A stretch of 19,449 nt of DNA from NCBI GenBank assembly GCA_964565125.1, contig CAZMCX010000007.1, positions 1 to 19,449 of the forward strand. Reading direction: 5' to 3'. Position 1 is the stretch's first letter. Every line of letters starts with the position of its first letter. The stretch comes from an uncultured archaeon. Its GTDB lineage: Archaea; Iainarchaeota; Iainarchaeia; Iainarchaeales; 0-14-0-20-30-16. The notes under the pieces were generated by a model. The model made no database searches and was not told the origin of the DNA. It saw only the letters and a program-made list of their open reading frames with translations. The position numbers were made by a program, and so were the translations under genes. Below are positions 1 to 9,223 of the stretch, piece by piece.

Positions 1-22
1 GGTTTTGTTTTTAAACCTATAC

Positions 23-652
23 TCATAATTTTAAGGCCTTTATTACTCTCTTATACACAGTTTCCATATCCTCTTCAGCACTAAGCCTTAGTACTTTTTC
101 TTTAGGATAGTATTTCAAAACTGGCTCTGCTTTTTCATTATATTCCCTAAGCCTACTCTTTATTACCTCTGGCTTGTCATCATCTCTCTGGAATAATTTC
201 TTGCCATCCTTATCACAAACCCATTTGACTTTGGGGGGGATATTTACTTCATGGTATATTGCTCCACACTTAGGACAAGTCCATCTTTTACTTAATCTAT
301 CAACCAATGTCTTTTCAGTTGCGTCAAAAGAAAGCAAATAATCAAAATCCAAAAACGCTTTGGATGATTCTGCTTGTTCCATACTCCTAGGAAAACCATC
401 TAAAATTACATTTTTAGTTTTGTAGTTTATATTATCCAAATATTTTTTAAGAAGAGGAATCATCATTTCCTGCGGAATAAATTTCCCAGTATTTATAATT
501 TTCCCTATTTTTTTTCCAAGTTCAGAACCTGTTGCAACTTCTGCCCTACAAATATCCCCCGTGCTAACATGAATGAATCCATTTCTTTGAACAAACATTT
601 TTGCATAAGTTCCTTTTCCAACGCCCGAAGGCCCAAAAAACAATAATAGCAT
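23..652 (-). CDS. adk: adenylate kinase (long Adk type with metal-binding LID)
   Basis: From ORF 23..661. It has the P-loop FFGPSGVGKGT and the LID motif CPKCG...(16 aa)...C-DKDG (Cys3-Asp). The ORF-track start is TTG at 661. The ATG at 652 is preceded by GGAG (GGAGATTGATTAAAATG) and gives the usual short N-terminus before the P-loop. Confidence 0.9.
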   Translation of the reverse strand: MLLLFFGPSGVGKGTYAKMFVQRNGFIHVSTGDICRAEVATGSELGKKIGKIINTGKFIPQEMMIPLLKKYLDNINYKTKNVILDGFPRSMEQAESSKAFLDFDYLLSFDATEKTLVDRLSKRWTCPKCGAIYHEVNIPPKVKWVCDKDGKKLFQRDDDKPEVIKSRLREYNEKAEPVLKYYPKEKVLRLSAEEDMETVYKRVIKALKL

Positions 653-666
653 TTTAATCAATCTCC

Positions 667-1236
667 TTAAATCTTACCTTTTCTATAATGTAAAGCAGTA
701 TCTGTTCTATCGTAATTATGTATTTCTTCCGGTTTAAACCAGATATCAATCTCTTTCTTTGCTTCTTCTGCGTTTCCGCTGGCGTGTATTACTGTCAAGA
801 TTGGCCTATCCAAAACATTTGCCAAACCATAAGTATCATGGGAGTAATCTCCTCTTATAGTCCCTGGCATTGCCTCTTCAATATTAGTTGGCCCAGTCAT
901 TTTCTTTACTACTTTTGCAGCATTATGCCCCTCTATAACCATTACAACAACAGGTAGTATCATCATATCATTTACCAAACCATCTACTATTTCCTTTCCT
1001 GCTTTTTTGGGGTCATAATCTTCAGGATAGCCTTTATTTTTTATTAAGCTTTTTCCTTTTTCTAATAACCAAGCGTCATCTTTGTGATAATGTTCTTCTA
1101 ATTGCTCTCTTGAAGCAAAAATCATTTTCATACCTACTATTTTTAGGCCAATTTTCTCAAAACGAGTTATAATTTCGCCCATAATCCCCCTTGCCACCAC
1201 ATCAGGTTTCAAAATCACTAATGTTTTTTCCTGCAT
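667..1236 (-). CDS. ndk: nucleoside diphosphate kinase (long form with insertions)
   Basis: Motifs TLVILKPD, RFEKxGLKIVGMK, PGTIRGDY and the catalytic-His context TVIHAS. At 189 aa it is longer than the typical ~150 aa, because of an insert after EEHY and one in the Kpn-loop region. The ATG is preceded by GAGAGGGA. Its stop lies 14 nt upstream of the adk ATG, so ndk-adk look co-transcribed. Confidence 0.9.
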   Translation of the reverse strand: MQEKTLVILKPDVVARGIMGEIITRFEKIGLKIVGMKMIFASREQLEEHYHKDDAWLLEKGKSLIKNKGYPEDYDPKKAGKEIVDGLVNDMMILPVVVMVIEGHNAAKVVKKMTGPTNIEEAMPGTIRGDYSHDTYGLANVLDRPILTVIHASGNAEEAKKEIDIWFKPEEIHNYDRTDTALHYRKGKI

Positions 1237-1281
1237 ATTTAATCCCTCTCTTCAAAATTAGATATATTATATAAATTACAA

Positions 1282-1295
1282 AAATATATAAAAAG
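1282..1295 (+). promoter_or_regulatory. TATA-like box for tldD, consistent with a leaderless or near-leaderless mRNA
   Basis: AAATATATAAAAAG is centred about 27 nt upstream of the tldD ATG (1316), and there is no SD-like G-rich element in between. It sits in the 79-nt divergent ndk/tldD spacer. Confidence 0.4.
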
Positions 1296-1315
1296 TATTA
1301 CCCTATTACTCTTAT

Positions 1316-2647
1316 ATGAATTTGGATTTCATAACAAAAAAACTCAAAGATTGTGATTATTACCGGATCAACTATGAAGATACTACCTTAAATTTTATCA
1401 ATGCCAGAAACTCCGAAGCAAAGCAGATAAAACAAGAAGAACACAAAGGAGTTTCTCTATTTTTAGTAAACAAAAATAAGGCCTCTTTTGTAAGCACAAA
1501 TGACTTTTCAAAAAAGGCATTAGAGGCATTAATTGAAAAGGCAAAAATTCTTTCAAAATCCGGGGAAAAAATTGATTACCTTGATTTAATTGGCTCAAGA
1601 AAGGTCAAAACAAAGATAAGCATTGGAAAAGAATCAAACTTAGACTTTGAAACAAAAATAAAAGAAGTTTTAAAAAATTCAAACAATAGCAACTGCAATG
1701 TAAATGACTTAGTTTACAAAGAAACAATAAAACACAAAAGAATTATTACAGATACAAAAGATATTTCACAAAACCACAATTATTTTATATTAGCAAATAC
1801 AGTTACTGTTTCGGAAAAGAACACAATAAGAGAAAATTATCAGAGATACGGAAAGCAGACAAATATAGATGATCAGATCCAAAGCCTAAATTCATTTGTA
1901 GAAAAAACAAAAGAGGGGGCAATTGAATTTTTAAAATATAAATCCATGTTAAAAGGAACATATGATGTAATAATAGACCCTGAATTAAGCCATTTATTAG
2001 CGCACGAGGCTATTGGCCATGCCTGTGAAGCAGATGCAATTTATACTAAAGAATCAAATTTAAAATTAGGACAAAAATTATCCAACCAAAAACTAGATGT
2101 TTATGATGACCCGGATGTAAAAGAAGATTTTGGGAGCATTGTTTATGACGATGAAGGTACAAAAGCAAAAAAACGGTTTTTAATAAAGTCCGGAGTTGTA
2201 AATGGTTTCATTAATGACTTAAAACATTCAAAAAAACTTGGCTTTAGCCCAAATGGCGGGGCAAGGGCAGAGAATTATAACCAGATTCCAATCCCAAGAA
2301 TGACTAATACTGGCATTGGCCCCGGAAAAATAAAAAAACAAGAGCTTATAGAAGACTTAAAAAAAGGGATAATACTTTGTGGAGGTCACGGCGGACAAGT
2401 AGATCCAACAAATGGGACTTTCCAATTTGGAGTAAGAAAAGCAATATTAGTTAACAAAGGCAAAGAAGAAAATTATGTTAATCTTTCATTTTCAGGAAAC
2501 ATTACTACAGATTTATTTAACATTCAAGGAATTTCAAAAGAGGTTGAATTCAGTCCAAAATGTGTTGGTATGTGCGGAAAAGGCGGACAACAAGTCCCAG
2601 TAAGCGGGTTTGGGCCACATATTAAATTTAAGGGGGTAAGATTTTGA
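1316..2647 (+). CDS. tldD: TldD-family metalloprotease
   Basis: HExxxH motif (HEAIGHACE), the C-terminal TldD/PmbA-type Gly-rich segments (GGHGGQVDPTNGTFQFG) and a length of 443 aa. It is followed directly by a PmbA-like partner. Confidence 0.85.
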   Translation: MNLDFITKKLKDCDYYRINYEDTTLNFINARNSEAKQIKQEEHKGVSLFLVNKNKASFVSTNDFSKKALEALIEKAKILSKSGEKIDYLDLIGSRKVKTKISIGKESNLDFETKIKEVLKNSNNSNCNVNDLVYKETIKHKRIITDTKDISQNHNYFILANTVTVSEKNTIRENYQRYGKQTNIDDQIQSLNSFVEKTKEGAIEFLKYKSMLKGTYDVIIDPELSHLLAHEAIGHACEADAIYTKESNLKLGQKLSNQKLDVYDDPDVKEDFGSIVYDDEGTKAKKRFLIKSGVVNGFINDLKHSKKLGFSPNGGARAENYNQIPIPRMTNTGIGPGKIKKQELIEDLKKGIILCGGHGGQVDPTNGTFQFGVRKAILVNKGKEENYVNLSFSGNITTDLFNIQGISKEVEFSPKCVGMCGKGGQQVPVSGFGPHIKFKGVRF

Positions 2648-3891
2648 TGGATTTCATAATTCCCAAAGCAGATGAAAAAACAAGATTTTATCTACAAAAC
2701 AACAAAAAGACCAGCCTAGAGATCCATAATACTACCACCCAAATTCCTAAGTACAGCGATAACACGGACTTACAGATTGATTTAATAAAAAATGGAAAAA
2801 GGGCAAGAGGCAGCATAGGAGAAATTAACAAAAAAACAATTTCTTCAAAACTAAAAAATTTACAAAAACTAACTACCTATAACAATAAAAAATTCTTTGA
2901 ACAATTCCCTGAAGCAACAAAGCAAGAACATAATTTTAAAAGAGAATACACTGAATTTGATTTAGTTGAAATCGAAAGAGAAATAAAAGATCACACTAAA
3001 GAAATGTTAAAAGACAAATCAATCAAAAAAGTTATAACAAATATTTCTCAAACTACAAATAAAACAAACATGTTTTCAAAAGAACTTGAGTTTGGTTCTG
3101 CAAGGAATTTTCTTTCAATAACTATTTCCACAATAGTAAAAGACAAGTCAAGTAGTAGCCATTGGGTTGATTTAACTACTGAAAAGGATTATGATATTGA
3201 AAAATTGTTTTCAAGGTTAAAAGAAACAATTAAAATGGAAAAAAATCCTGAAAGCACAACTGAAAAATATTCAGAGTTTATTTTTACACCACTTGTTATT
3301 GCAAATTTGATAAACTCTTTTATTCTGCAAAACATCGATCTAGAAGATTTAAAATTAAACAATAATTACATAGCAAAAAATTGGGGTAAACAACTCTTTG
3401 ACGAAAAATTAACTATAACTGAGGACCCATTCTTGGACTATTCCCCATTTTCAAACAAATACGATTTAGAATTTTCAAAAACAACAAAAAAAGACATTAT
3501 AAAAAATGGTGTTGCGAACTCCTTTTTTGCAGACCTTGCAGATGTTTATACATTCAAAAGCAGGCCCTCTGGAAATTGGTTCTTTGGAAACAGTGAAACA
3601 AATATTGTAGTTGAAAATGGAAACAAAATGCTAGATAAACTTATTTCAGAAACAAAAAAAGGGCTTATAATTAGAGATGTCATTGGCTTACACACAACAA
3701 ATTACACGGAAGGCGAATTAACTGTACCTATTGGAATTGCAAATGAGGTTATCAACGGCAAGATAAAAAGAACTGTAAAAAATGTTCCACTAACAATAAA
3801 AATCACTGACTTGTTCAATAACATAGAATTAAGCAAAGAAAGAATTCAGGAACAGAACTTCTTAGCACCATACTTAAAAACGGTGATCTAA
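2647..3891 (+). CDS. pmbA: PmbA/TldE-family protein (non-catalytic partner of TldD)
   Basis: The C-terminal region (VIGLHTTNYTEGELTVPIGIANEVINGKI) matches the PmbA/TldD fold signature, and there is no HExxxH. The ATG at 2647 overlaps the tldD stop (TGATG). The ORF-track TTG at 2644 is less likely. The N-terminal half is divergent and Lys/Asn-rich. Confidence 0.75.
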   Translation: MDFIIPKADEKTRFYLQNNKKTSLEIHNTTTQIPKYSDNTDLQIDLIKNGKRARGSIGEINKKTISSKLKNLQKLTTYNNKKFFEQFPEATKQEHNFKREYTEFDLVEIEREIKDHTKEMLKDKSIKKVITNISQTTNKTNMFSKELEFGSARNFLSITISTIVKDKSSSSHWVDLTTEKDYDIEKLFSRLKETIKMEKNPESTTEKYSEFIFTPLVIANLINSFILQNIDLEDLKLNNNYIAKNWGKQLFDEKLTITEDPFLDYSPFSNKYDLEFSKTTKKDIIKNGVANSFFADLADVYTFKSRPSGNWFFGNSETNIVVENGNKMLDKLISETKKGLIIRDVIGLHTTNYTEGELTVPIGIANEVINGKIKRTVKNVPLTIKITDLFNNIELSKERIQEQNFLAPYLKTVI

Positions 3892-3934
3892 AATATATCC
3901 AACAGTTCACCTAATTATCAGCATCATTCCTACA

Positions 3935-4354
3935 ATGTTATTATCTCTCCTAAACAAAGAAATTGCAATATCATTTCTTATTTCAAACATTCTTATTGAT
4001 CTAGATCACATAATAAATTATTTTTATTACTACAAAGATTTAAACATAATAACGATTTACAACCACTATATGTTCAACAAAAAATCAAAAAAACACAAAG
4101 AGCACCAACTCTATATATTACACACTTTGGAAGCCACAGTAATTCTTGGGATCTTAGGTTTCCTAATAAACAAAAATTTGGGCTATGGTATCTTAGTCGG
4201 CTTTTTATTCCACATTTTATGCGATGCTACAGAAGTAACTTACGAAAAAATCAAACAGGAAACAATTTACTACAAACCGCTTTCAATTACTTACTATTTG
4301 CTAAAATACTATCCCAGAAAGATAATCCAGAAGATTAAAGAGGAGTTGGGTTAG
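3935..4354 (+). CDS. small polytopic membrane protein, possibly a YdjM/DUF457-like membrane-bound metal-dependent hydrolase
   Basis: Hydrophobic segments with DLDH (ILIDLDHI) and a later HxxxD (FHILCDA), a pattern recalled from the YdjM family. The family assignment is tentative. Confidence 0.5.
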   Translation: MLLSLLNKEIAISFLISNILIDLDHIINYFYYYKDLNIITIYNHYMFNKKSKKHKEHQLYILHTLEATVILGILGFLINKNLGYGILVGFLFHILCDATEVTYEKIKQETIYYKPLSITYYLLKYYPRKIIQKIKEELG

Positions 4355-4498
4355 TGGAGAAAATTAGATGTAAAAAGGACAAAATTATACTAAAAACCAA
4401 CAAAAAGGGCTAAAAAACCGACTTTTAGGGAGAAGCATAAGAATTTAAGACATATCTACCTCAAATATAGTATATTTTATATGTCAGGGGGCATAAAA

Positions 4499-4708
4499 AT
4501 GGTAGTTACATGTCATATTTGCAACAAGCCTGCGAGGTTTCAGACACCAACAGGAAAATGGGTTTGTATAGACTGTTATAGAAACCAATTTAACAGTATA
4601 AAGGACGATCAAGAAATAAAACAACAGCCAAAAAAGGCAGAAGTAAAGCCAGAGCCAACACCAGAACCATCAGAAACTGAAACTTCTGAAGAAACGGGAG
4701 AAATATAA
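4499..4708 (+). CDS. small zinc-ribbon protein with an acidic Pro/Glu/Thr-rich tail
   Basis: CxxC...(13 aa)...CxxC (CHIC...CIDC) followed by KPEPTPEPSETETSEETGEI. The ORF track starts at 4481. I prefer the ATG at 4499 because AGGGGG lies 8 nt upstream and a TATA-like AAATATAGTATATTTTA (4462-4478) is centred about 27 nt upstream. Confidence 0.6.
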   Translation: MVVTCHICNKPARFQTPTGKWVCIDCYRNQFNSIKDDQEIKQQPKKAEVKPEPTPEPSETETSEETGEI

Positions 4709-4710
4709 TT

Positions 4711-5712
4711 TTAGAAAGGACGTCTGTTCCTTCTTAATTTCTTTATACCTTGTATATTGGAAATACCTTCAATATAGGCTTTTACTGTGTTGACTTCATT
4801 AGGGCTTAGCTTTGCCCTAAGATCAGCATCTATTATTACTGATGGATAAGAATAATTCTTTGTGTGAGACGCCAGGAAATAAATTATTTCTATTGCATCC
4901 TTACAAGGATCAATCATTTCTATTCTCAAAGGCAGGTCATAGTCATTTACTTTTACATAAGCAATGTATAACTCCACCTTTTTATGGGCATTTAAATCAT
5001 CTAAAATCTTGTTCTCTTCTCCCGCCCTAAAAAAATTCACTGCTTGTTTCTTATTCAAAGCAGAGTTAAGAAAAATCAAATCATTGAAGTTCTCTAGCCC
5101 AAACTTTTTTGTAAAAAAATTAGATCTTGAATCTTCTACACAACCTATAAGCCTTGTATTCTTTTTCTCTGCAGCAACATATAAAGTCAAATAACTGCTA
5201 ATCAGTTCTTGATATTCTTTGTATATTTCTGAATCTTTTTTTAGTCGGTCCATTGGATGTGGTATTATACTTCCATCTAAAAGAAAATAATCTAAATCAT
5301 TGCTTTCAACTATTTGCCTTGCAAGCAATAGTTCTTGTTTTATCCGAATTATGGAAACATATCTTTCAAACTCTTCTTTCTGCAAGCAAGCATCAGGGGT
5401 AAAAAATACTGCTAAAGGGTTCTTTGGAAACCTTTTATTTTCTTCAAGTTTTCCATTTTTGTAGTGAAAAACAGATCCGCTAATTTTTACAAAACAGAAA
5501 TCAAACCCAACAAAAGAATCAGAAAAAAACCCAGAATCTACTGCACCTACTGAAAAAGTTTTTTTGTCATTTTTGATATCAATTAAGGGGCTAGCATCCA
5601 GGAAATTAAGGCTTTTTACCAGATTAGAATCAAAAATGCCTTTTGCTTTTTCAGTTACTTTTACAAAAGATTCTTTTACACCTTTTATTTTTTCTCTTAT
5701 CTGTTCATACAT
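4711..5712 (-). CDS. nurA: NurA-like 5'-3' nuclease
   Basis: NurA-type motif order: N-terminal GAVDSGFF, a mid-protein acidic helix, FLLDGSIIPH, IGCVEDSRS, and C-terminal YPSVIIDADLRAK. It starts 10 nt after the pheT stop on the same strand. Confidence 0.6.
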   Translation of the reverse strand: MYEQIREKIKGVKESFVKVTEKAKGIFDSNLVKSLNFLDASPLIDIKNDKKTFSVGAVDSGFFSDSFVGFDFCFVKISGSVFHYKNGKLEENKRFPKNPLAVFFTPDACLQKEEFERYVSIIRIKQELLLARQIVESNDLDYFLLDGSIIPHPMDRLKKDSEIYKEYQELISSYLTLYVAAEKKNTRLIGCVEDSRSNFFTKKFGLENFNDLIFLNSALNKKQAVNFFRAGEENKILDDLNAHKKVELYIAYVKVNDYDLPLRIEMIDPCKDAIEIIYFLASHTKNYSYPSVIIDADLRAKLSPNEVNTVKAYIEGISNIQGIKKLRRNRRPF

Positions 5713-5721
5713 ATTTTTCCC

Positions 5722-7371
5722 TTATGGAGTCAAATCTAATTCAAACACAGCCACAGGCATTTCTAAATTAAAGTTTTTTAATACTTCTGGGCTTATTTCA
5801 CCAATTATTCCTTCTCTTTTCTTGCCATTTAATATGTATTCTATTTTTGCAACTCTTCCTTCAATAAAAGAGTTATGCTTAAATTCGATATATCTTTTGT
5901 CAGTTACTTCCAGATTATTCAAAACAAATTCTGCAAGCCTTTTTGCATAAGTGTAATCAACACCCTCATAGCACAAAGTACCAGTAAAAAAGATTTTTTC
6001 AAATATTCCATTACCATTTTCTTCCAATATTTTTCCAACTTCAAATACATTTTGCGGATAAGAAACATGCTGATTCTTTACTAAAAATTCTAAATGCTCG
6101 GGTACAAGAGAAGTTCTAAATATCTCAATACTCTCAGACATTGGATTAGCAATTGTTACTGCGTTATTTTTTATTTTCATTTTATTAAATTGCTTTTCTT
6201 TACTAGTCAAAGTAAAAGTTATTATTTCTTGCAATCCAGCCCCAACACCTAATAATCTCAGACTATCTGCCCAAACAGTATTATCAAGCAGTCCACCATT
6301 ACTTCTAACATCCACTTTCTCTAGTTTTATTGTATTATAACCAATAGAAATAAGTATATCCTCAATTATATCAACTGGGTGCATTATATCTACTCTGTAA
6401 TTCGGATATTCTACAGCAACTTTATCTTTAACTATTTTCACATTGTAACCCTTTCTTTCAAGCAAGGATATTAAGTCTTTTTCACTTATTTCCATCCCAA
6501 TATAATCAAATATCTTTTGCTTAGAGATTTCCATTTTTTCTTTTGCAAAATAAGGAGTTACCACTTTTTCAGAGCCATAATCTACAGTAATACCTTCTAC
6601 TTTTGCACCCCTGTCTGCAAAAGCCATACAAATAATCAGCAAAGCAACATTCACTTTTTCTTGTGTTATTCCAGTTACTTCAATAAATAAATCGTTTTTT
6701 CCAATTTCTACTTTACCAGAATCATTTGAGTTTACTATTGGGGGCATAGACATTATTTTTCCGTTTTCATCTTGCCACACAGGATATTTATCAAATCCTG
6801 TTAACAGATGCCCATATTCTTGACCTTTTTTGTGATTTTTCAATATCTCTTCTAAAGTCATTTCTTTTTCAAAGCCTAATGGCACAAATTTAACTGTCTT
6901 TTTGTCTCCTAAGAAGTATTTCAATTTTTTTCCATTAACTTTATTCAGATCATAAATACCCATGGAAAGCTCGCTTCTTTTCTTACCATATGACCCTGCG
7001 ATCTTTTCCTGCATATTAATTAAACTTATTAAAAATTCATCAGAAATATCAACATTTTTCACTACTGCCGCAGCAACATATTTTGCTATTTCTTTCATAG
7101 CCCCAACATCAACAGTATAATCAGATTTCTCAAAGGAGTATTCTTTTATTCCTTTTATTTCTCCATGGTCCCCTTTTACCTCTCTTACTACTCCTTCTAC
7201 ACTCCACAAATCAGGCCTATTAGAATCTTTTATGTCAAGCTTGATAGTGTCGCCTTCTACCCCGTCCACTTCACATTTAGCACAAAGAAAGAACTTCTCA
7301 AGTTCGTTATCTTTTATTTTATAACCTAATAAGGATTCTAAATCTAATCTAGAAACATCAATTTTCGGCAT
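5722..7371 (-). CDS. pheT: phenylalanyl-tRNA synthetase beta subunit (archaeal type)
   Basis: About 550 aa with an archaeal PheT domain layout (B3/4 and B5 regions, C-terminal class-II-like fold). The ORF-track start is GTG at 7380. The ATG at 7371 gives an MPKIDV N-terminus and follows a G-rich AAGTGGT element. Confidence 0.9.
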   Translation of the reverse strand: MPKIDVSRLDLESLLGYKIKDNELEKFFLCAKCEVDGVEGDTIKLDIKDSNRPDLWSVEGVVREVKGDHGEIKGIKEYSFEKSDYTVDVGAMKEIAKYVAAAVVKNVDISDEFLISLINMQEKIAGSYGKKRSELSMGIYDLNKVNGKKLKYFLGDKKTVKFVPLGFEKEMTLEEILKNHKKGQEYGHLLTGFDKYPVWQDENGKIMSMPPIVNSNDSGKVEIGKNDLFIEVTGITQEKVNVALLIICMAFADRGAKVEGITVDYGSEKVVTPYFAKEKMEISKQKIFDYIGMEISEKDLISLLERKGYNVKIVKDKVAVEYPNYRVDIMHPVDIIEDILISIGYNTIKLEKVDVRSNGGLLDNTVWADSLRLLGVGAGLQEIITFTLTSKEKQFNKMKIKNNAVTIANPMSESIEIFRTSLVPEHLEFLVKNQHVSYPQNVFEVGKILEENGNGIFEKIFFTGTLCYEGVDYTYAKRLAEFVLNNLEVTDKRYIEFKHNSFIEGRVAKIEYILNGKKREGIIGEISPEVLKNFNLEMPVAVFELDLTP

Positions 7372-7396
7372 AAATACCACTTTTCATAACCACTAG

Positions 7397-7410
7397 TTAT
7401 ATAGTATAAG
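7397..7410 (-). promoter_or_regulatory. TATA-like box upstream of pheT
   Basis: The minus-sense sequence CTTATACTATATAA lies about 30-35 nt upstream of the pheT ATG, within the 190-nt spacer after the upstream operon. Confidence 0.35.
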
Positions 7411-7569
7411 AAAGAATAATAATAAAAAGAATTGGGCTCAGGCCAATAAGGAAATGGACCTGTTGTGGTTAGGATTAAAAATTGTCTTAAAGACGCCAAC
7501 TAAAACCAAAATAAAAAGACCAAGATAAATGTTGACCCCTATAAGATGGACCTTATCAATCTTACTAGA

Positions 7570-8139
7570 TCATTGGAATTCCATAGATTCTACAACATTC
7601 TTAAATTTGTCCTTAAAAACATCATAAAGCTCGGAATTACATTTCAAAGTAAATACATATCCCACGCCATTTTTAACTAAAGCATAAGTACTGTATATCC
7701 TATTAACGCTGTCGTCATTCACAGATACCACAACATTATAAAAATTCTGACTATTTATGTTTGCATCTTGTTCGGAAATCAAACTAATATTATATTGTAC
7801 GATTTCTTTTGCAAGTGTTTTTGAATCAAAGGCATAGCCATATCTCCAGATATAAAGAAAGTCTTCATTACTTGATGGATTTATCTTATATGCCCAACTA
7901 TTTGAAGAGCTAACATTTTCTACATCCATTTCTGTCCAGGTTTCTGGCATCTTTAATTTAAAGTCTTCTATTTCAAAATTAGCATAGCCATAATATTTGT
8001 CACCTTCAGACAAATCACCTTTGTCTAAGTTTACAGTTTTAAAATCAGGATATACATACCTATAACCCAGATATCCAACAACAGCCAAGATTATTATAAC
8101 AACAATCAAAGTAACAATAAATGAACCCTTTCTATTCAA
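7570..8139 (-). CDS. hypothetical N-terminally membrane-anchored extracytoplasmic protein
   Basis: A single N-terminal TM segment (FIVTLIVVIIILAVVGYLGY) is followed by a soluble beta-rich-looking domain. There are two N-x-S/T sequons (NVS, NIS). The TTG start is preceded by a strong GGTGGGGTG SD-like element. It is the last gene of the alaS-aglB-aglH string. Confidence 0.6.
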   Translation of the reverse strand: MNRKGSFIVTLIVVIIILAVVGYLGYRYVYPDFKTVNLDKGDLSEGDKYYGYANFEIEDFKLKMPETWTEMDVENVSSSNSWAYKINPSSNEDFLYIWRYGYAFDSKTLAKEIVQYNISLISEQDANINSQNFYNVVVSVNDDSVNRIYSTYALVKNGVGYVFTLKCNSELYDVFKDKFKNVVESMEFQ

Positions 8140-8161
8140 ATCAACACCCCACCAAAAACAT

Positions 8162-9223
8162 TTATAAAAAATATATTAAAAATACTACTAGAGATATAAT
8201 GAAATGTAATATAAAAAAGTTTCGTACAAGTCCTTTCTCTGTAAGCTTGCCTTTGTAGACATGTTCCATCAAATAATAAATTGCATGCCATCCAATAAAG
8301 GTCTTTCCATTTTTTTCATAATAAGTTGGAATCAAATGCCCATTTTTGTCACAAGTAGATATGGTTTTTCCTTTTCCACGAACAATAAATATATGTATTG
8401 CATATAACCCAAAATTTACTAAATAAATTAATGTTAAAAGAACCCCAATTATTTCCATATTTCCAATAATCATTGCAGTTGCAATTGAAGCACCTATTGC
8501 CAAATTACCTACATCGCCCAATATAACCTTTGCAGGATATGCATTATAGTAATAAAATCCAATCAAAGCACCAAGCATAGGAACTAATATTACCATTGCC
8601 AAATAATTTCCAATTATCAGAGATGAAAATATCATAAAAAGCATTGTAATTATCCCTAATCCTGCTTCTAATCCATTATATCCCGCAAGCATATTAGTTG
8701 CATTGGAGTAAACCAATATCAATATCGGGATTATTACAAAGGAGTAAACCCAACCAAGACTCAAAGGCCCATAAAAAGGGATTGTAACTGTATGGTTTCC
8801 AGCAAGAATAGCAACCAACGGTATTGATGCAACAAGCAACAATAGAATTTTTTGAAATTCATTAAGCTTAAACAAATCATCAAATGAACCAACAAACCCA
8901 ACCAGAAGTACTGTAAATGCTCCGGCCATTATAGAATACAAATCAAATCCGCTCACAAAAGGGAATATTGAGAATAAACCTATAAAAAAACCAAGCAAAA
9001 GAATATATCCACCCATATCTGCAAATTTGGGCTTATTGTATTTATGGCAATCTATATTAGTTATATTTTTTTTGTGAGCCCATTTTATGTAGAAGCCCAT
9101 TATTAAAAAAACAATTAGAAATGAAATAAAAAATTCACAAATATATTTTCTTATTGGATAAAACAGTCCAATTCCAAACAGAACTGCTAATAAAAAATAT
9201 ATTATTTTATCCCATTTCACCAA
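8162..9223 (-). CDS. aglH: polyprenyl/dolichyl-phosphate N-acetylhexosamine-1-phosphate transferase (GT4, MraY/WecA/Alg7 family)
   Basis: About 10 TM segments, a DDLFKL motif, and NATNMLAGYNGLEAG (the archaeal/eukaryotic form of the NxxNxxDGxDGL motif). The TTG/GTG start overlaps the aglB stop (TTGGTGA). Confidence 0.85.
   Translation of the reverse strand: MVKWDKIIYFLLAVLFGIGLFYPIRKYICEFFISFLIVFLIMGFYIKWAHKKNITNIDCHKYNKPKFADMGGYILLLGFFIGLFSIFPFVSGFDLYSIMAGAFTVLLVGFVGSFDDLFKLNEFQKILLLLVASIPLVAILAGNHTVTIPFYGPLSLGWVYSFVIIPILILVYSNATNMLAGYNGLEAGLGIITMLFMIFSSLIIGNYLAMVILVPMLGALIGFYYYNAYPAKVILGDVGNLAIGASIATAMIIGNMEIIGVLLTLIYLVNFGLYAIHIFIVRGKGKTISTCDKNGHLIPTYYEKNGKTFIGWHAIYYLMEHVYKGKLTEKGLVRNFFILHFIISLVVFLIYFL

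Noticed and set aside
718-957. 79-aa plus-strand ORF inside ndk
   Set aside because: It is entirely antisense to a well-supported ndk gene. The peptide is low-complexity, Phe/Cys/Tyr-rich and non-protein-like, and there is no SD or TATA context.
1398-1598. 66-aa minus-strand ORF inside tldD
   Set aside because: It is antisense to tldD, has no start context, and has an implausible composition.
1316-3891. tldD-pmbA considered as part of a peptide-maturation or toxin-processing system
   Set aside because: This pair is widespread and housekeeping. There is no adjacent small precursor peptide, toxin, or modification enzyme. The flanking genes are ndk and a small membrane protein.
4842-5194. Two plus-strand ORFs (62 and 76 aa) inside the nurA-like gene
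   Set aside because: They are antisense shadow ORFs of a longer gene with recognisable motifs.
5564-6084. 128-aa and 69-aa plus-strand ORFs overlapping nurA/pheT
   Set aside because: They are antisense to two motif-supported genes and span their junction. They show the Ser/Phe/Leu-rich composition typical of reverse-frame artefacts in AT-rich coding DNA.
7381-7569. 190-nt spacer upstream of pheT considered as a possible ncRNA (ATGGACCT occurs twice, plus a short TTGG...CCAA palindrome)
   Set aside because: It has only 8-mer repeats and 4-bp stems, which are expected by chance. It is adequately explained as the promoter/5' region of pheT plus the terminator region of the upstream operon.
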